Source: an uncultured Prevotella sp. (GTDB taxonomy: Bacteria > Bacteroidota > Bacteroidia > Bacteroidales > Bacteroidaceae). Taken from it: 64,000 nt of DNA. The translations under genes were made by a program, and so were the position numbers. The DNA lies in contig CAMORS010000004.1 of assembly GCA_946624005.1 (NCBI GenBank), positions 3,839-67,838 on the forward strand, given 5' to 3'. The notes under the pieces were generated by a model. The model saw only the letters and a list, made by a program, of their open reading frames with translations, was not told the DNA's origin and ran no database searches. Shown here piece after piece: positions 20,701 through 31,478 of the stretch (position 1 is its first letter; every line of letters starts with the position of its first letter).

Positions 20701-21736
20701 TTTTGAGTACAGCCCCTTGCAATATCACCATTATGTCAACTCTAAAATCCATTTCGAACTTGCATATACCCGATTCTTCAACGACACTGTCGTCGTCTAC
20801 CGTTCTCATGAATACAAGCTCGCACCGTTCGCTTACGTCGAAGATTATAGTGATGGCGAAATAGACTACCACAAACAACCCTTGCAAGACGAATGGAACA
20901 TACCAGACAACGTTACCTACGTCACGTTCAAGAATGCAAGCCGTGTAGGAGATGCAATCTCTGTCATACCCAATAGTAATCCTAACACAGTCTATCTCTT
21001 CAGGAATGATCAGCCCTTGCCGGATAACATGCAAGAATGCTTCGTCGTTAACGACGATAGAATATACGATAGGGAATTTCATATCGTCGACGGATATCCC
21101 ATTACCACCTCCATAACAGGGTCAAACATACATTACCAGAGACATTTCAATCCCGGGGAATGGGTATTGCTCGGAACTCCCTTCGTTCGGGTATGCGACG
21201 AGGAAGCACTTAGTCAATTCGACGACATCATGACCTTCGACCGTTTCGAAGACAATACCATCTATTTCAAGAAATGGGAGAAAACGCCCAAAAAGGAGGT
21301 GTGGCCAACAGCGCTCCTCGTTAGATGCCTACAGGAAAAAGACATCAACTTTATCGGTGGTAAAAACAAACAACATGATAGAATAGCAGACCACATCGGT
21401 CCAACATGGGGCAAATTCAAAGTTCTTAGGCGACTCTTGCCCTGTCATTACGATGTGATGTATAAACTCGCCACCGACGGATCGTGTTTCCGGCGCACAC
21501 AAGGTGATGTGCCGCCATTCCGATTCGTACTTCTGCCTGTAGGAAATAACACCCCCGAGCTTATCCGCGTCGTCATCGAAGGATATCAGTCGCCAACAGC
21601 CATCACCGATGTCAGCGAGCAGCATCAAGCAAAAGGATACTATACCCTCGACGGGCGACCAGTCAATCCAAACTATCAAGGTGTTGTCATAGAAGTAGCA
21701 GGTAATGGAAAAACGAGAAAGATAATCAAACAATAA
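17748..21736 (+). pseudogene. C10 (streptopain-like) peptidase, disrupted by a frameshift near 19625-19648 and an in-frame TGA at 20342-20344
   Basis: ORFs 17748-19742, 19649-20344 and 20345-21736 together are colinear with the intact paralog 21749-25672; catalytic AGCGAVA, GHAFVLDGY, HINWGW lie in the first piece. Confidence 0.85.
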
Positions 21737-21748
21737 TAAAAAGCAGTT

Positions 21749-24700
21749 ATGAAGATCATTCTGAACATCATCAGGCCCATCATAGACACAATCCGCTGTC
21801 TGGAATCTGGCCACCGCCTGAGCTCATCGAAGCAGTTCCTGAGCTTGTCGAAGAGCCTCTTCGCATTGGCGCTCTTGCTCCTGAGCTCGTCGAAAGTAGC
21901 AGCTGCTCCCATAACACCCAAGCAGGCACAGCTGCGGGCTACCACATTCTTCCGCCAGCGATTGGGTAAGAATGCAGCGCCCCCTCAGCTGTCGTTGGCT
22001 TTGGCGAAGCCATCATCTCTCACCTCTCCGATGCAAGAATCCGCGACCTCGGCGGGCTACTATATATATAATAAGGAAGGCGGTGGCTACGTTATCGTGT
22101 CGGCCGATGATTCGCAGCAATCCATCATCGGCTATTCCGACAACGGCCATATCGATGCCGAAGCAATGCCCGAGAACATGCGTTGGTGGCTCGATGGCTT
22201 CTATCGGTCGGCAAAGCAAGAAACCGACGAAACCTCCTATCCCGATTCCATTGCTCCGATGCTCACCTCCAAGTGGGGGCAGAACGCACCCTACAACCAG
22301 CAGACACCCCTCTTCGATGGCGAGCACGCACCGGCAGGCTGTGGCGCCGTCGCCTTGGCACAAATCATCCGCTACCAGCAGTGGCCCGAAGAGGTGGGGT
22401 ACATACCCTCAATCAGCAAGTGCGAAGAATTGCCTCCCACCACCTTCGATTGGGACAAGCTCCTCGACACTTACGACAGCACATCCCCCGCCGACTGCCA
22501 AGAAGAGGTGGCCAAACTGATGAGATACACAGGACAAGCTATCGCAACATTTTATGGTAAAGACGCATCGACTATCAAAGCTGAGAGTGTAGATGATGGC
22601 TGTTTCTCACATCTGGGTTTTGAGGGACATAGCCTTACTTACCGCAGCTACTACGATAACCAAACAAATTGGGAAAATATTTTATACGAAAGAAGTCTCA
22701 TAAAAGGCACTCCCATCTTTTATGGCGGTGAAAAAGCGGGAGGCGGAGGCCATGCCTTCGTCTTAGACGGCTACCGAGACGGCTATTTCCACATCAACTG
22801 GGGGTGGACAGGCTCGTACGACGGCTACTTTCTCTTGTCAGACCTGTCGCCCAATGGTACATCTACGTACAACCGCAAGCAATATGCCATTTTAGACCTC
22901 CACAGTCCTTACAGCGACGCATACTTCACACCTTCGGAAGTAATTAAGTGTACGGATATGGTCTTCAACCCGCAACTGAGCCGAGAGGGATGTCTCACCC
23001 GTGAGAATAACGAGGCCGATTTTACAGATATCGTCATTCAAGAGAAAAGATCATTCACTCAGGGGAGAATCAACAAGAAAGTGCAATATGGATTAGCACT
23101 TTATGATTGTGGCCAATTTTTAGAAATATTGGCTGACACCCTGCTTGACCTTTCGGATGAAGAAAGCCGAGAGCAACAGCTCACTTTCCGATTCTCTATT
23201 AGTCGGGATTTTCCATGTGCCGGCGGATATGAAATCAGATCGGTCAGCAGGACTTTTGACGATAACGATTGGATGGAGAATATGGGAGATTCTTACAATG
23301 ATGAGAACTTCTATAGAGTAGAAATTGATAACAAGCAACTCTACTTAGAATATGCTATCAATACTAACGGCAACATATCTTTCGGGCTGAAGACAGGTTT
23401 CGATACTGACGAGAAGTGTGTAACAATCGACGATGAGGGCCGCTCTTCCGAAAACCTGAAAGTGCGTTTCAACTACAACGGAGGTTCAGCTACTCATTAT
23501 TTCGATTATGGACTAGGAATTAGCACTGATTGGGAAGTCTTGTGCCATCAGTCCATCTTACAGCAAGCCTCAAGTAAGTCAAGCCCTATTGAGTGTGTAT
23601 TCGACCTCGATTGGACTTCGCTTCCCGATGGAAATTTCTATCTGACGGGTCTTTACCACGAATGTGGCTCCCTTCAGGGGTGGTATCCTTCTCTGTTGCC
23701 TGAAGACACGAAGCTGAATTTGGTGAAGCGAGACAATCGTATCTATATCGAGCCCACAAACCTTGTCAAGCCATTGTGCAGTAGCCTTATGACAAACTCT
23801 ACCAAGGCAGATTACGCCCCTGTAGCATTCACTCAGGGCACAACTACGGGAACCTATGATGCCCCAATCAAGTATATCGTCAGCAATCCTGGCGAGCATG
23901 GATATGCTGACTATGGCTTAGGACTTTTCCATGACGATATGTTGCAATGCGTGCTTACCAATCACCTATGCGAGTATCTCACGCACAGTAAGGAATTAAA
24001 AACCGAAACGGTGCACATACCTGGCGATCTGCCAGAGGGTGAATATCAGATTAAAGGCATCGGGCGCGATGCCAATATCGGTGAGTGGGAAGATGTTTCT
24101 TCCGATGATGCTATCGTCTACGCCTTGCTCAGAAACGATACGTTGACGACCATGAATCACGGGATATACAACTCGCGCAACTTACAGGTTGACAGTATCA
24201 TGTATCTGAACAATTATAAGGTTAGAGTCTTTTTGACAAACCCCACAGGCCAATCGCTCAGCGGCAAGCTTTCTTTTGCGTTCGACGGTAACAACCAGCG
24301 CACTTATAGCATGAAGGTGACATTGGACAAGAACCAGTCTGTTACCCAAGACATTGCCGTGAATTTAAATACCAATGGTTCTTTCGCCTATTCGTGTCTG
24401 ACAGAACTTTTGGATGGCGAGTTCACCATAGCACAAGGTACGGTCAAACCTCTGGCTGCAGAGATTGTATTCGACAATGTGAGTGTCGAATCCTCTGCCG
24501 GCATGAGACTTTTCAATCAATTCTATTTGAACTATACCGCCCATTCTGCTCCCACAGCATCGGAAACGGTTTTAGTTACAAAATGTGTTGATGAAGCCGG
24601 TCGAACTATCGGTATGGGTGGCAATACCTTTACTGGTAATACTCAGACGTGGCGTGAGCTTTTTGGCTTTATTTATGATTATCCGGACTTAATCAATTCG

Positions 24701-25672
24701 AAAGTTCATTTCGAATTGGGCTACAAGAGGTACTACAACGATACTGTGACTGTCTATCAATCAGAAAATTACGATATTGTGCCCTTTGTCACTATGCAGA
24801 CCTACAGAGACAATAAAGTAATAGAGGAAAAACAACAGTATGTTGACCATTGTGCCGTTCCTGAGAATGCGCTCTATGTCTCTTTCAGCAATGCAAGCAG
24901 CCTGAGCGATGGGGTGACGATTGTTCCCAACCACAACCCAAATACCGTATATTTTTTCAGAGAAGACCAACCTATTCCTGAAGGCATTGAGGGCTGTTTC
25001 GTGATTCGCGACAATGTTACAGCAACTGAAGAATTCAACATAGTTGATGGATACCCGGTAACCAATAAGCCTCTTGGGCTCAATATCTCCTACCAACGGC
25101 ATTTCAATGCCGATGAATGGGTGTTGTTAGGGACACCTTCTGTACTCATAAAAGACACGGAAGCATTGATGCAGTTTGATGAGATCATGACATTCGACCG
25201 TTTCGAAGGCAACACGCTCTATTTCAAGAAATGGGACAAAGACGCTGAATGGTGGACATGGAGACAACCTTTCCTTGTCAAGACTAGTGAGAGGGACATC
25301 ATCTTCCTAAGCGAAACAAACGGGGATGGTATATTCACCGAGTGGGGCGATTTCAGGGTAGTCAAGTACAATATTCCTTGTAATTACGATAATATGTACC
25401 AACTATCGCCCGACGGCGCATATTTCTATCGTACCGAGGGCGAAGTGGCTCCCTATCGTTACGTGTTGCTGCCGATGGGTGGTTATTCCTCGGAACGCAT
25501 CCGTGTTGTCATCGAAGGGTATGAAGTAACTACTTCCATCGACGACAAGAACGAGTCGCAGCAGGTGAAGGCTCGCCATACCCTCGACGGCAGGGCAGTA
25601 GGCAGCAACTATCGAGGCATCGTCATTGAGACGTATGCCAACGGGGCAACGCGCAAGGTCGTCCGTCGCTAA
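21749..25672 (+). CDS. C10 family cysteine peptidase with propeptide and T9SS-like C-terminal domain
   Basis: GYVIVSADD propeptide, WGQNAPYN, AGCGAVALAQ, GHAFVLDGY, HINWGW; HTLDGR..GIVIE..RKVVR tail. Confidence 0.9.
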   Translation: MKIILNIIRPIIDTIRCLESGHRLSSSKQFLSLSKSLFALALLLLSSSKVAAAPITPKQAQLRATTFFRQRLGKNAAPPQLSLALAKPSSLTSPMQESATSAGYYIYNKEGGGYVIVSADDSQQSIIGYSDNGHIDAEAMPENMRWWLDGFYRSAKQETDETSYPDSIAPMLTSKWGQNAPYNQQTPLFDGEHAPAGCGAVALAQIIRYQQWPEEVGYIPSISKCEELPPTTFDWDKLLDTYDSTSPADCQEEVAKLMRYTGQAIATFYGKDASTIKAESVDDGCFSHLGFEGHSLTYRSYYDNQTNWENILYERSLIKGTPIFYGGEKAGGGGHAFVLDGYRDGYFHINWGWTGSYDGYFLLSDLSPNGTSTYNRKQYAILDLHSPYSDAYFTPSEVIKCTDMVFNPQLSREGCLTRENNEADFTDIVIQEKRSFTQGRINKKVQYGLALYDCGQFLEILADTLLDLSDEESREQQLTFRFSISRDFPCAGGYEIRSVSRTFDDNDWMENMGDSYNDENFYRVEIDNKQLYLEYAINTNGNISFGLKTGFDTDEKCVTIDDEGRSSENLKVRFNYNGGSATHYFDYGLGISTDWEVLCHQSILQQASSKSSPIECVFDLDWTSLPDGNFYLTGLYHECGSLQGWYPSLLPEDTKLNLVKRDNRIYIEPTNLVKPLCSSLMTNSTKADYAPVAFTQGTTTGTYDAPIKYIVSNPGEHGYADYGLGLFHDDMLQCVLTNHLCEYLTHSKELKTETVHIPGDLPEGEYQIKGIGRDANIGEWEDVSSDDAIVYALLRNDTLTTMNHGIYNSRNLQVDSIMYLNNYKVRVFLTNPTGQSLSGKLSFAFDGNNQRTYSMKVTLDKNQSVTQDIAVNLNTNGSFAYSCLTELLDGEFTIAQGTVKPLAAEIVFDNVSVESSAGMRLFNQFYLNYTAHSAPTASETVLVTKCVDEAGRTIGMGGNTFTGNTQTWRELFGFIYDYPDLINSKVHFELGYKRYYNDTVTVYQSENYDIVPFVTMQTYRDNKVIEEKQQYVDHCAVPENALYVSFSNASSLSDGVTIVPNHNPNTVYFFREDQPIPEGIEGCFVIRDNVTATEEFNIVDGYPVTNKPLGLNISYQRHFNADEWVLLGTPSVLIKDTEALMQFDEIMTFDRFEGNTLYFKKWDKDAEWWTWRQPFLVKTSERDIIFLSETNGDGIFTEWGDFRVVKYNIPCNYDNMYQLSPDGAYFYRTEGEVAPYRYVLLPMGGYSSERIRVVIEGYEVTTSIDDKNESQQVKARHTLDGRAVGSNYRGIVIETYANGATRKVVRR

Positions 25673-25715
25673 CCGCAGCTGCCCCTCCCCCTCGGGGAGG
25701 TTGGGAGGGGTTCCT

Positions 25716-26411
25716 TCAGAAGTTCAGTCCTACGGTGAGCATCAGCGCCCCGGTGTGGCTTGTGTCGAAGTCGTCGTGCGAGATATTGGCCAGACCGAGG
25801 TCGTAGCTCAATTCAGCATAGAGCAGGTCGTAGCTGAGGCCGCAGCCCATGCGCAGGCCGCCGTCGAAACGCTCAAAGCTGTAGGGCGACGACGAGAAGC
25901 TGCTGTAGGCTTCGCGTTGGCCGAAGTCGCGAATCTTTCCGCCTACACCGCAGGCCACATAGCCTCCGAGGAAGGGCTCTATGCTGAGCGAGCGGTCTAC
26001 ATGATACTTATACTTCAGCAGCAGCGGCAGCTCGATGTAGTTCAGACTGTAGGTGAAGCGTGTGCCGTCGGCATGGCCCTTGCCGCCCTTCTCCGTGTAG
26101 TAGAGACCCGTTTCAAGGAAGAGCGGTGCCTCGCGCACGAAGTTCACACCCATCGCCACGCCGACGTTCAGCCCCGTCTTCATCGAACTGCCGTCGAGGT
26201 AGCGGTCGTCGCTGTTGACGGTGGCGAAGGCCGGACCGATGCGCAGGCCGTAGTAGGTGGTGCCGTCGTGCCAGTAGCCCGGCCGTTGCGGCTGGCGGTA
26301 GTCGAGCCGGCCCGTCTGCGGGTTGTAGTACTTGCTGCTGCGATAGCTTTGTGCCTGTGTGGCCGTCAGGGCCATCAGCCCGAGAGCGACCAATAAGATA
26401 AGTCTTTTCAT
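25716..26411 (-). CDS. Outer-membrane beta-barrel (porin family) protein
   Basis: Signal peptide, LETGLYYTEKG, LNYIELPLLLKY, GGYVACGVGG, terminal F. Confidence 0.85.
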   Translation of the reverse strand: MKRLILLVALGLMALTATQAQSYRSSKYYNPQTGRLDYRQPQRPGYWHDGTTYYGLRIGPAFATVNSDDRYLDGSSMKTGLNVGVAMGVNFVREAPLFLETGLYYTEKGGKGHADGTRFTYSLNYIELPLLLKYKYHVDRSLSIEPFLGGYVACGVGGKIRDFGQREAYSSFSSSPYSFERFDGGLRMGCGLSYDLLYAELSYDLGLANISHDDFDTSHTGALMLTVGLNF

Positions 26412-26554
26412 ACGCGTTCCTTTCTTTGGTTTGTGCTGCAAAGTAACGTTTTTTTCTTCACCCGTGCAAAGGCTTTTTCCTAAAAGAAGAGAGGAAAATC
26501 CCTATCTTTTTGATTTTATTTTGAAAAATCGTTGGTCGTTTCAGTAAAAAGGTG

Positions 26555-26562
26555 TAACTTTG
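26555..26562 (+). promoter_or_regulatory. -7 promoter element TAACTTTG
   Basis: TAnnTTTG upstream of ATG 26601. Confidence 0.55.
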
Positions 26563-26600
26563 TGGCGTTTTATTCTAATAATCTAAACAAAACTAAGCGT

Positions 26601-29600
26601 ATGAAGAAATTTACTTTGTTCCTGATGGCCGCCATCATGATGGCTACCACCGGTCTGGCACAGACAGGCCAAAAGAGAGTAGTTCAACTGCCTGGCACGA
26701 CGAAAGGCGTCGTCAAGGAGATGAAGGCGCAGCCCAGAATGGCTGACATGCAACGGCAACACCGTGCAACACCGCCGCTGCGCAATATGCTGGCAAGCCG
26801 CAGTCAAAACAGCATCCCCAAAGCTCCCTGGCAGCGGAAGATGGTTAACAAGGAGATAACCGGTGGCAAGTTCATCTCCGAGCAGCCCGCTGGCGAGTAT
26901 GTATCTTACGTCCGTAGCGGCGATGCTTACGCCTACACCATGTTCGGACCCATGTACACCACACTGGCTGGTGGCTTAGGCGATGTGGTGTTCGGTGCCG
27001 ACAACAAGGTCTACATCCGCAACATCATCTCGCAGGCTCCGCTGGAGTACTCTGCCTGGATAGAGGGTAAGCTGGAAGGCTCTACCATCACCTTCGAGAT
27101 GCCCTCAATGGTGGCCGATTATAACGGATATGAGCTGTATGCTGCCATGATGACATACGACGAGGCCAACCAGACCTATGTCTACAATCCCGAGATGACA
27201 TCGTTCACACTCAACTATGATGCCGCCACACGCGCCATCACCACTCCCGAAGGAAGTCCTCTCACTGACGGCAACGTCATCATCGGACTCATCTGGGGCG
27301 ACAATGAGTTGTGGATCGGCTGCGGCGACTGGAACATGTCGTTCGAGGTGATGAACGACAAGCCCGTCAGCGTTCCCGCCGACCTCAAGACCGAGGAGTA
27401 TGCCGTTACGGCTGAAGGCTTCCCCGGTTGCCTGGCACAGGTGGGCTTCGACGGCAACGATGTCTATGTGCAGGGCTTCTATCCCAACATGCCCGACGCT
27501 TGGATCAAGGGTACCATCAACGGCGACAAGGTGACGTTCCCCAACGGACAGTACATCGGCGGCGACAAGGTGCTGGGCTACCACCAGTATCTCATGGGCG
27601 GCGGCGTGGAAGAGGTCTACGACCCCGAATGGGAGGAGACCTACGAAGACTATACGCTCACCGGCGAGGACATCGTCTTCGACTACGATGCCGCTACCAA
27701 GACGCTCTCCAACAGCTCGCTCTTCTTCGTCAACGCCGGAACAGAGGAACCTTTCGTAGCACAAACATACGACAAGGCACGCATCAAGCCCTTCACCGAG
27801 GTGGCTGCCACACCGGCAGCTCCCGAATGGGTAGAGCTCTACGAGGGCGGCTACGGCTACTATGCCTCTGGATGGGGCTGGGGCTACATGAACTTCGACA
27901 TGATCACCCTTGATGTCAACGGCGACTATATCCTGCCCGAGAAGCTGTCATACGCCTTCTATGCACGCGTCAATGGTGAGGAAATACCGCTCACCTTCAC
28001 TACCGAAGACTATCTCTACATCGACAACGACATGACGGAGGTACCCTTCGGATATTCCGACGGCGGAGCCTTTGACATCGCTTCCAGTGGTGCCAACATG
28101 TATTTGTACTACTACGTCATCGGCCCGGAGGCCTTCGGTATACAGGCCATCTACCGCGGAGCCGGCGAAGAGCATCGCTCCGAGATAGCCTGGCAGGAAG
28201 TGTACGACCTTGGCAGCGAAGTGCAGCCAGAGGCCGCTACGCCCGAATATCCTGAGGTCGCTGCCGACAATGTGGGCGAGAGCATCGACTTCAGCTACTT
28301 CACCGGCAAGGAGGATGTCAGGGTATGGGGCGAAGAAAAACCTCAGACCTACGACGTGGCCATCCGCCTGAACGAGTCGGCACTCGTAGGCACACATATC
28401 GACAACATACAGATTCCGCTGCAAGGATTGGCCAATATGAAGGACGTGAAGGTATGGCTCTCGTCGCAGCTGCGCGTGGAGAACGGACAGAACGTGCCCG
28501 ACCTGATGAGCATCGACGTGACGCCTACAGAAGAGGGCTTCACCGTGATCGAGCTGCCCAAGCCTTACACCATTCCCGCTGAAGGTGTGTACGTGGGTTA
28601 CTCCGTGACCATCGACGAGGTGCTTGACGAAGATGCTGCCTATCCTGTTGTACTCTGCCAGGGCGACAAGACCGACGGTCTCTTCCTGCACACCTCCAAA
28701 GGATTCGTGAAGTGGCTTCCCATGGCAGACGACATGGGCCTGAACTCCATGATCAAAGTGACCTTGTCGGGTAAGACGGTACCCGAAAATGCTGCCTTCT
28801 GCGAAGACAAAAACACGCAGTATGTCAAGGTGGGCGAACCTTTCGAGCAGAAGCTCACCTTCGTCAACCACGGTTCGAAGGGCATACAGTCGCTCGACCT
28901 CGACCTCACCCTCAACGGCACAACCACACAGCAGCACATCGACCTGGCAGAACCCGTAGAGGGAGCATACGGCGTGACCACCTCGCAGAACGTCACACTG
29001 CCCGCACTGCCCGCACGTGGCGACTATGAGCTCAGCGTGAAGGTGACAAAGGTGAACGGACAGGACAACGTCGAGGCAGACGTTGTTGCTACAACGCCTA
29101 TTATGGCCCTGAACTCTATTCCGAAGCACCGTACGCTGATGGAGGAATACACCGGCACATGGTGTGGATGGTGTATCCGCGGCTTCGTAGGTCTGGAGAA
29201 GCTCGGTGAGCTCTATCCCGACGACTTCGTATGCGCCAGCTTCCACAACGGCGACCCGATGGAGATTATGCCAGACACAGACTTCCCAAGTGTTGTGGCA
29301 GGATTCCCGACAGCCTATATGGATCGTATGGCCGAGATCGATCCGTTCTGGGGCTTTAACTATGGCAAAAAGCCGATGGGCATCGCCGACGATATGGCTG
29401 AGCGCGCCAAGGAGTTCGGACAGGCCAGCATCGACATGGAGACAGCCTTTGATGCCGACAACGACCTCGTCACGGTGAACACCACCGTCACCTTCCCCTA
29501 CGACGAGACGGAAGCCGACGAGCCGCAGTTTGCCATCGAGTATCTCCTCCTGGCCGACGGACTGACCGGCGAGGGTTCAGACTGGACTCAGAGCAACTAT

Positions 29601-30077
29601 TATGCTGGCGAAACCGATGAGGCATGCGACGAGCTGCAGCCCTTCATCGATGCTGCTGATCACATCGAAGGCCTCGTGTTCAACGATGTCGTCGTGATGG
29701 TTTCCGAAGTTGGCGGTATAGAGGAAAGCCTGCCGGCTACCTTCACAGCCGACGCCCCCATCAACCACACCTACACCTTCAACCTGGCTGAGGCTCTGAA
29801 CACCAGCGGCCAGTACGTCATCCAGGACAAGAACAAGCTGCGCGTCGTGGCTCTGCTCGTCAACTTGGAAACAGGCGAGGTGTGCAATGCCAACAAGGTG
29901 AAGGTAGGCGAGAATACGGGTATCACAACGCTGACCGCCGACATGAACAACATCCGCAGCATCGACTACTTCGACCTCAGCGGTCGCAAGGTGAGCCGTG
30001 CCCAGCAGGGTGTCAGCATCATGCGCATCAACTACAACAACGGAACATCGAAGAGTGTCAAGGTGCTCCGCAAGTAA
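26601..30077 (+). CDS. Large secreted protein with Omp28-like CxxC domain and T9SS-like CTD
   Basis: Signal peptide; EEYTGTWCGWC, HNGDPM, GFPTAYMDR; FDLSGRKV..GVSIMR..KVLRK tail. Confidence 0.85.
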   Translation: MKKFTLFLMAAIMMATTGLAQTGQKRVVQLPGTTKGVVKEMKAQPRMADMQRQHRATPPLRNMLASRSQNSIPKAPWQRKMVNKEITGGKFISEQPAGEYVSYVRSGDAYAYTMFGPMYTTLAGGLGDVVFGADNKVYIRNIISQAPLEYSAWIEGKLEGSTITFEMPSMVADYNGYELYAAMMTYDEANQTYVYNPEMTSFTLNYDAATRAITTPEGSPLTDGNVIIGLIWGDNELWIGCGDWNMSFEVMNDKPVSVPADLKTEEYAVTAEGFPGCLAQVGFDGNDVYVQGFYPNMPDAWIKGTINGDKVTFPNGQYIGGDKVLGYHQYLMGGGVEEVYDPEWEETYEDYTLTGEDIVFDYDAATKTLSNSSLFFVNAGTEEPFVAQTYDKARIKPFTEVAATPAAPEWVELYEGGYGYYASGWGWGYMNFDMITLDVNGDYILPEKLSYAFYARVNGEEIPLTFTTEDYLYIDNDMTEVPFGYSDGGAFDIASSGANMYLYYYVIGPEAFGIQAIYRGAGEEHRSEIAWQEVYDLGSEVQPEAATPEYPEVAADNVGESIDFSYFTGKEDVRVWGEEKPQTYDVAIRLNESALVGTHIDNIQIPLQGLANMKDVKVWLSSQLRVENGQNVPDLMSIDVTPTEEGFTVIELPKPYTIPAEGVYVGYSVTIDEVLDEDAAYPVVLCQGDKTDGLFLHTSKGFVKWLPMADDMGLNSMIKVTLSGKTVPENAAFCEDKNTQYVKVGEPFEQKLTFVNHGSKGIQSLDLDLTLNGTTTQQHIDLAEPVEGAYGVTTSQNVTLPALPARGDYELSVKVTKVNGQDNVEADVVATTPIMALNSIPKHRTLMEEYTGTWCGWCIRGFVGLEKLGELYPDDFVCASFHNGDPMEIMPDTDFPSVVAGFPTAYMDRMAEIDPFWGFNYGKKPMGIADDMAERAKEFGQASIDMETAFDADNDLVTVNTTVTFPYDETEADEPQFAIEYLLLADGLTGEGSDWTQSNYYAGETDEACDELQPFIDAADHIEGLVFNDVVVMVSEVGGIEESLPATFTADAPINHTYTFNLAEALNTSGQYVIQDKNKLRVVALLVNLETGEVCNANKVKVGENTGITTLTADMNNIRSIDYFDLSGRKVSRAQQGVSIMRINYNNGTSKSVKVLRK

Positions 30078-30143
30078 GCATGAGAAGCTTCAACAGGTAG
30101 GTTCCGACACTGCAGTTTGTCGGAACGTCGCCTGAAACGAATT

Positions 30144-30178
30144 GGAGGGTATGCCATCTGTGGCATACCCTCCTTCTC
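30144..30178 (+). terminator. Probable intrinsic terminator
   Basis: 13-bp stem GGAGGGTATGCCA/TGGCATACCCTCC after the stop, weak T-tail; a second hairpin GTTCCGACA/TGTCGGAAC lies at 30101-30126. Confidence 0.65.
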
Positions 30179-30260
30179 TGTCGTTGAATGGATGGGTGTT
30201 AGTGTTATTCCTGTGCGCAATCATTGGGTGAATGAAGTGCAATTGATGCCAAATCCCGAT

Positions 30261-30345
30261 ACTACATTATTAATGTAGTCGGACTACTTTATTAATGTAG
30301 TGTGACTACCTTATTAATGTAGTGAGACTACTTTATTAATGTAGT
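30261..30345. repeat. Tandem array of 4 quasi-palindromic 19-bp units, 22-bp period
   Basis: ACTAC(A/T/C)TTATTAATGTAGT units with 3-nt spacers. Confidence 0.9.
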
Positions 30346-30412
30346 GTCGCAATATGACGCTTATTGTAATTCAATATGACGCATCTTGCAATCTTATTGA
30401 CGGCTTGTTGCA

Positions 30413-31444
30413 TCACGATTTGCGCTTTCTTCCAGCCTCCTTCGAATGCTGAACGTCGGTTGTGAGGTACATCAGCACAAAATAGAAGACGGCACCCGTG
30501 ACCAGTCCGGCCAAGGCGTCGATGGCATAATGGGCCTGGATATACACCGTAGAGAAGCACAACAGCACATAGAAAGGCAGAAGGACGAAAAGCAGACGCC
30601 TGTCGCGGGCATGCCAGGCCAGGAACATCAGGATGGTGCTGATGCCGACGTGGCTGGAAGGGAAGGCTGCCGTGGGACGCTCGCCGGCGGCCTTGGCGTT
30701 TTCTACGAGGTGGTAGAAGAAACCGTCGGTATAGCCTGGCGAGGGCAGGCACTCGGTATGGTGGTTGAAATAGTCGCCCACGTTGGGGAAGACGCCCTGC
30801 ATGATGGTGTCGAGACCGACAGCCTGATAATAGAACGTCGGGCCGACCACGGGCAGGAAGACAAAGATGACGTAGAAGAGGAAGAACGATGCCATGACGA
30901 CAAACGATGCACGGAGGAACTCGTCGTAGCGGCGGAAGAAATAATAGATTATGACGACGGCTATCATCGGGTAGTAGGAGGCATAGCCCAGGTCCATCAG
31001 CTCGCTGAAGATGCCTCCCCCGACCCCTCCAAAGGAGGGGAGACTATCCCCCCATCCCCCGACCCCGTCACCTCCTAAGAAGGGGAGTTGCGAGAAGAGC
31101 AAAGCCGGCTGGCAACCGAAGAGCTGCTGCTCCCACGTGGCGAAGATGTGGTCGAGGTTGGGAAACATGCGGTTGAGCTCATACGTGTCGGGGTACCACC
31201 ACGAGAGCAGGGCTACCTGGACGACGACACGCGCCAGACGAGTCAGCCGGCAGGGCACCATGCGGTAGACGGCATAGAGGGCCGCCGTGGTGAAGAGAAT
31301 ACGCACACGCCCCCAGAGCATCGCTTCGGGGTTCTGTACCTTGGTATAACAGAATACGATGACGAGCGTCGTCAGCACGAGGTAGGCTATCATGGCCCAT
31401 TCTACGGCGAACAGGTTTTTCGATGGTTTGGATTCTATCATCAA
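30413..31444 (-). CDS. PAP2-family membrane phosphoesterase/phosphotransferase
   Basis: PVVGP, AAFPSSH, QAHYAID motifs; TM helices. Confidence 0.85.
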   Translation of the reverse strand: MMIESKPSKNLFAVEWAMIAYLVLTTLVIVFCYTKVQNPEAMLWGRVRILFTTAALYAVYRMVPCRLTRLARVVVQVALLSWWYPDTYELNRMFPNLDHIFATWEQQLFGCQPALLFSQLPFLGGDGVGGWGDSLPSFGGVGGGIFSELMDLGYASYYPMIAVVIIYYFFRRYDEFLRASFVVMASFFLFYVIFVFLPVVGPTFYYQAVGLDTIMQGVFPNVGDYFNHHTECLPSPGYTDGFFYHLVENAKAAGERPTAAFPSSHVGISTILMFLAWHARDRRLLFVLLPFYVLLCFSTVYIQAHYAIDALAGLVTGAVFYFVLMYLTTDVQHSKEAGRKRKS

Positions 31445-31478
31445 TTATCAATTATCAATTATCAATTTTCAATTAGTC

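Noticed and set aside
17748..25672. C10 pair as a diversity-generating retroelement (TR/VR)
   Set aside because: No reverse transcriptase, and differences are not adenine-specific; this is a whole-gene duplication
30085..30180. Twin hairpins as an ncRNA or riboswitch
   Set aside because: They lie 3' of a gene in a convergent gap, match no family I recognise, and are explained as terminator/stabiliser hairpins
30261..30345. 22-bp arrays (also 51274-51380 and 60955-61052) as CRISPR
   Set aside because: Spacers are 0-3 nt, not unique 25-45 nt sequences, and there are no cas genes
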